The notes under the pieces are model-generated. The model worked only from the letters and a program-made list of their open reading frames with translations, searched no databases and had not been told where the DNA came from. The position numbers and the translations under genes are program-made. A stretch of 64,000 bases of DNA from Myxococcota bacterium (GTDB taxonomy: Bacteria; Myxococcota_A; UBA9160; SZUA-336), in the NCBI GenBank assembly GCA_965247115.1, contig CBDFGR010000003.1, forward strand, positions 2,272,001 through 2,336,000, written 5' to 3'. This document shows, in pieces, positions 62,020 to 64,000 of the stretch. Positions within the stretch are counted from its first letter, which is position 1. Every line of letters begins with the position of its first letter.

Positions 62020-62583
62020 CTAGACAGGCGGTTCGTCCGTCCAATCGGGCTCGCCCGTCCACTTAGGCTTGTTGGCCCAGTCGACATCCTCCTGCGTGAT
62101 GTCGCCCAGCTCAGCAGCCAAGACCGCTGCGTATGGAATGTGTTCGCCTCTTCCCGCGATTTCCCAGATTCGATCATGCGTGCGCTTACTGATGGAGGAT
62201 GCCGTGTTCTCGTAGCACACGACGCGGATCGCATCGGCGACAATTCGCAACTCCTGCTGTGAGAAGTCGCTCATGTCGCTTTCTCTCGTCGCGATGAAGT
62301 CCCATGTGCTGCGCTCGAAATACTCGGTCGGCTCTACCTTCAACACCCCCCGCTCTTCCAGCGCCGCGACTGCCCGGCCGAGATGGGGCGCTACTGGACC
62401 ATGCTTGTCCTTCTTGTAGCTTTCACCGGTAATCGACTGTCCTAGTTCCACGAAGGCGTTTACATCGGAATACCAGAGCGTCTTGTTCAGCTTGACCTTT
62501 CCGAGCTTCGTAGGATCGTCGCAAGTCCAACAGATGAAGTGGACAAGCGCCTCAAATTTTTCGCTGTCGAAGGGCATTGTCAT
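62020..62583 (-). CDS. Panacea (DUF4065/SocA-like) antitoxin
   Basis: KVKLNKTLWYSD...ITGESY.K..HGPV...ISKRTH..W. Confidence 0.8.
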   Translation of the reverse strand: MTMPFDSEKFEALVHFICWTCDDPTKLGKVKLNKTLWYSDVNAFVELGQSITGESYKKDKHGPVAPHLGRAVAALEERGVLKVEPTEYFERSTWDFIATRESDMSDFSQQELRIVADAIRVVCYENTASSISKRTHDRIWEIAGRGEHIPYAAVLAAELGDITQEDVDWANKPKWTGEPDWTDEPPV

Positions 62584-63132
62584 CTCTCCTACCCCCCGAG
62601 AGCAGCTTGCACCGATCCCGCGAGGCCGCTAGGCTCTGATCGTCAGAACCCATTGACCCCTTGCGCCGTGCAAGTTTCTTACCGAGCCCCGTCGTGCGAG
62701 GACGGGGCTTCGGACGTTAATGTCCGCTTTTCCTCCTACTTCTGCGACCGGGCCAGCTTATTGGGGGGACTCAGGCGGCCGGAGTACGTCGCCTACGGTT
62801 GTAGTCTAGCACCAGCCCTGCAGTCCGCAGCCACACCGGAGACTCCGCGGCCCTAGGGGAACAATGCCGGAAGTGGGGGCTATTCTAGGGCTCGCTCGCG
62901 AGATTTCGGCCCGAGAGCCGTGGCGGGCACGTGTGCTCGGTCACCGATAGCTGTCGCCCCGCCTGGGCGCCTCTTGCTCCTCAAGCATGGGCTCGGGGGG
63001 TAAAAGCCCCAGGATCGAAGGGCTGTTAAACTCCGATATCAATCATGGCCGCTTCCCACCACCCTGGTTTCGCTCGCCGCAGGTCTCTTGGACGGGGTAG
63101 TAGAGATCGTCGAAGCCTGCATCCGGGGACGG

Positions 63133-63500
63133 TCAGCGGCTGAATAGAACTTCGCCCAACTTCCGAGTAGCGTCCTCCTGCAGCCCCGGCACCACGTGGC
63201 TGTACACATCCAGCGTCATCGCGGCCGAGGCGTGTCAGAGCCGCTCGGAGAAGACCTTGACGTTCGCCCCCAGCGCCAGGAGTTGGGTCGCGGCCGTGGC
63301 GGAGGTCTTAGAGGCCCCGGACGCCCTCGATCCCGGCTGCTTGGCAGATCCGCTTGTAGTACCTCTCGCGAAGGTTCGCGAGGTCAAGCGGGCGTCCAAC
63401 TTCGTTAGCGAAGACCAGATCCAAGTCCCGCGCGTACACGCCCCCGAACTCGAGGGCTCGTTCGGCCTGGCGCGCCCGATGCGTCGCAAGCGAGCTTAGC
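63133..63500 (-). pseudogene. Tyrosine integrase C-terminal remnant
   Basis: DLVFANEVGRPL...L*DLRH, frameshift, TAATQLL...SERL*HAS..MTLDVYSHV; two stops and one frameshift. Confidence 0.85.
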
Positions 63501-63582
63501 ACGGGGCCAGCAGTGGCACGGAGCGGAGGCCGCCCTACGATTGCCTGCGCGGGGTCCATTCGCGTCTCGCCTCGATTCGAAC

Positions 63583-64000
63583 CTACGCGCCTCCGAGCAG
63601 CTTCTGCATCTTGGCTGCTGCGGCGCGGTTCTCATCCTCGAGCACGTGCCGATACGTGGCGAGCGTGAAGCTCGGCGAGTGGTGGCCGACGAGGGACGAG
63701 ACGACTTCCATCGCCACGCCAGCTCGTAGCAGCATGGTCACCGCGCTGTGGCGCAGGTCGTGGAATCGGATGGGCGGGAGCTCCGCGCGCTTGAGCATTG
63801 GGACGAACGTGTGTGCGTAGAAACCGTCGTGACGCACAGGCTCGCCGCTCGGCGTGGTGAACACGAGGTCATGCAGCGACCGGATGAGCTGGCAATCGCG
63901 GTGCTCACTCAAGGCCGCGACGACGAAATCTGGGAGAGGCACCGTACGGCGACTGCGCTTCGACTTGGGTGGTTCGAGGGAAGCCGCTAGATCGTTGGCG
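63583..64000 (-). CDS. Tyrosine recombinase/integrase, 5'-truncated by the window edge
   Basis: PKSKRSRRTV, RFHDLRH, VGH, TLATYRH catalytic motifs. Confidence 0.88.
   Translation of the reverse strand, partial: ANDLAASLEPPKSKRSRRTVPLPDFVVAALSEHRDCQLIRSLHDLVFTTPSGEPVRHDGFYAHTFVPMLKRAELPPIRFHDLRHSAVTMLLRAGVAMEVVSSLVGHHSPSFTLATYRHVLEDENRAAAAKMQKLLGGA

Larger units (their letters stand above)
57824..64000. mobile_element. tRNA-associated accessory island / decayed integrative elements (continues past the window)
   Basis: Starts at the tRNA 3' end; visibly more A/T-rich; orphan genes, a tRNA fragment, a TA-like pair and integrases; no family-A repeats. Confidence 0.75.

Overview
High-GC bacterial chromosome segment. 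The gene content looks Myxococcota/deltaproteobacterial-like; that assignment is inference. From left to right: (1) a flagellar filament cluster (fliC-fliD-fliS plus a FliT-like gene), followed by a sigma54-preceded glycosylation operon that ends in a formyltransferase-fold/DegT fusion lacking its catalytic residues; (2) housekeeping and metabolic genes (ispG, tkt, an atypical SucCD-family ligase with ferredoxin, metF, groES-groEL, a large NAD-GDH); (3) a dispersed c-di-GMP module (HDOD-GGDEF, Hpt, REC-GGDEF, PilZ proteins) whose genes share a sigma28-like promoter with fliC; (4) a type IV minor-pilin/PilY1 operon with one frameshift; (5) after tRNA-Ser(CGA), an accessory island carrying an uncharacterised two-gene, nuclease-like defence candidate, a tRNA-Pro 3' att fragment, a Panacea antitoxin with a putative toxin, and two integrase sequences. 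Non-coding highlights: about 12 copies of a ~90-nt multi-hairpin repeat with covarying stems; two copies of a second element with perfect 30-34 bp arms and compensatory changes; a 14-codon ORF with a 13-bp anti-Shine-Dalgarno match followed by a branched terminator; and G-depleted gene 3' ends. All calls are by eye, with no database searches.
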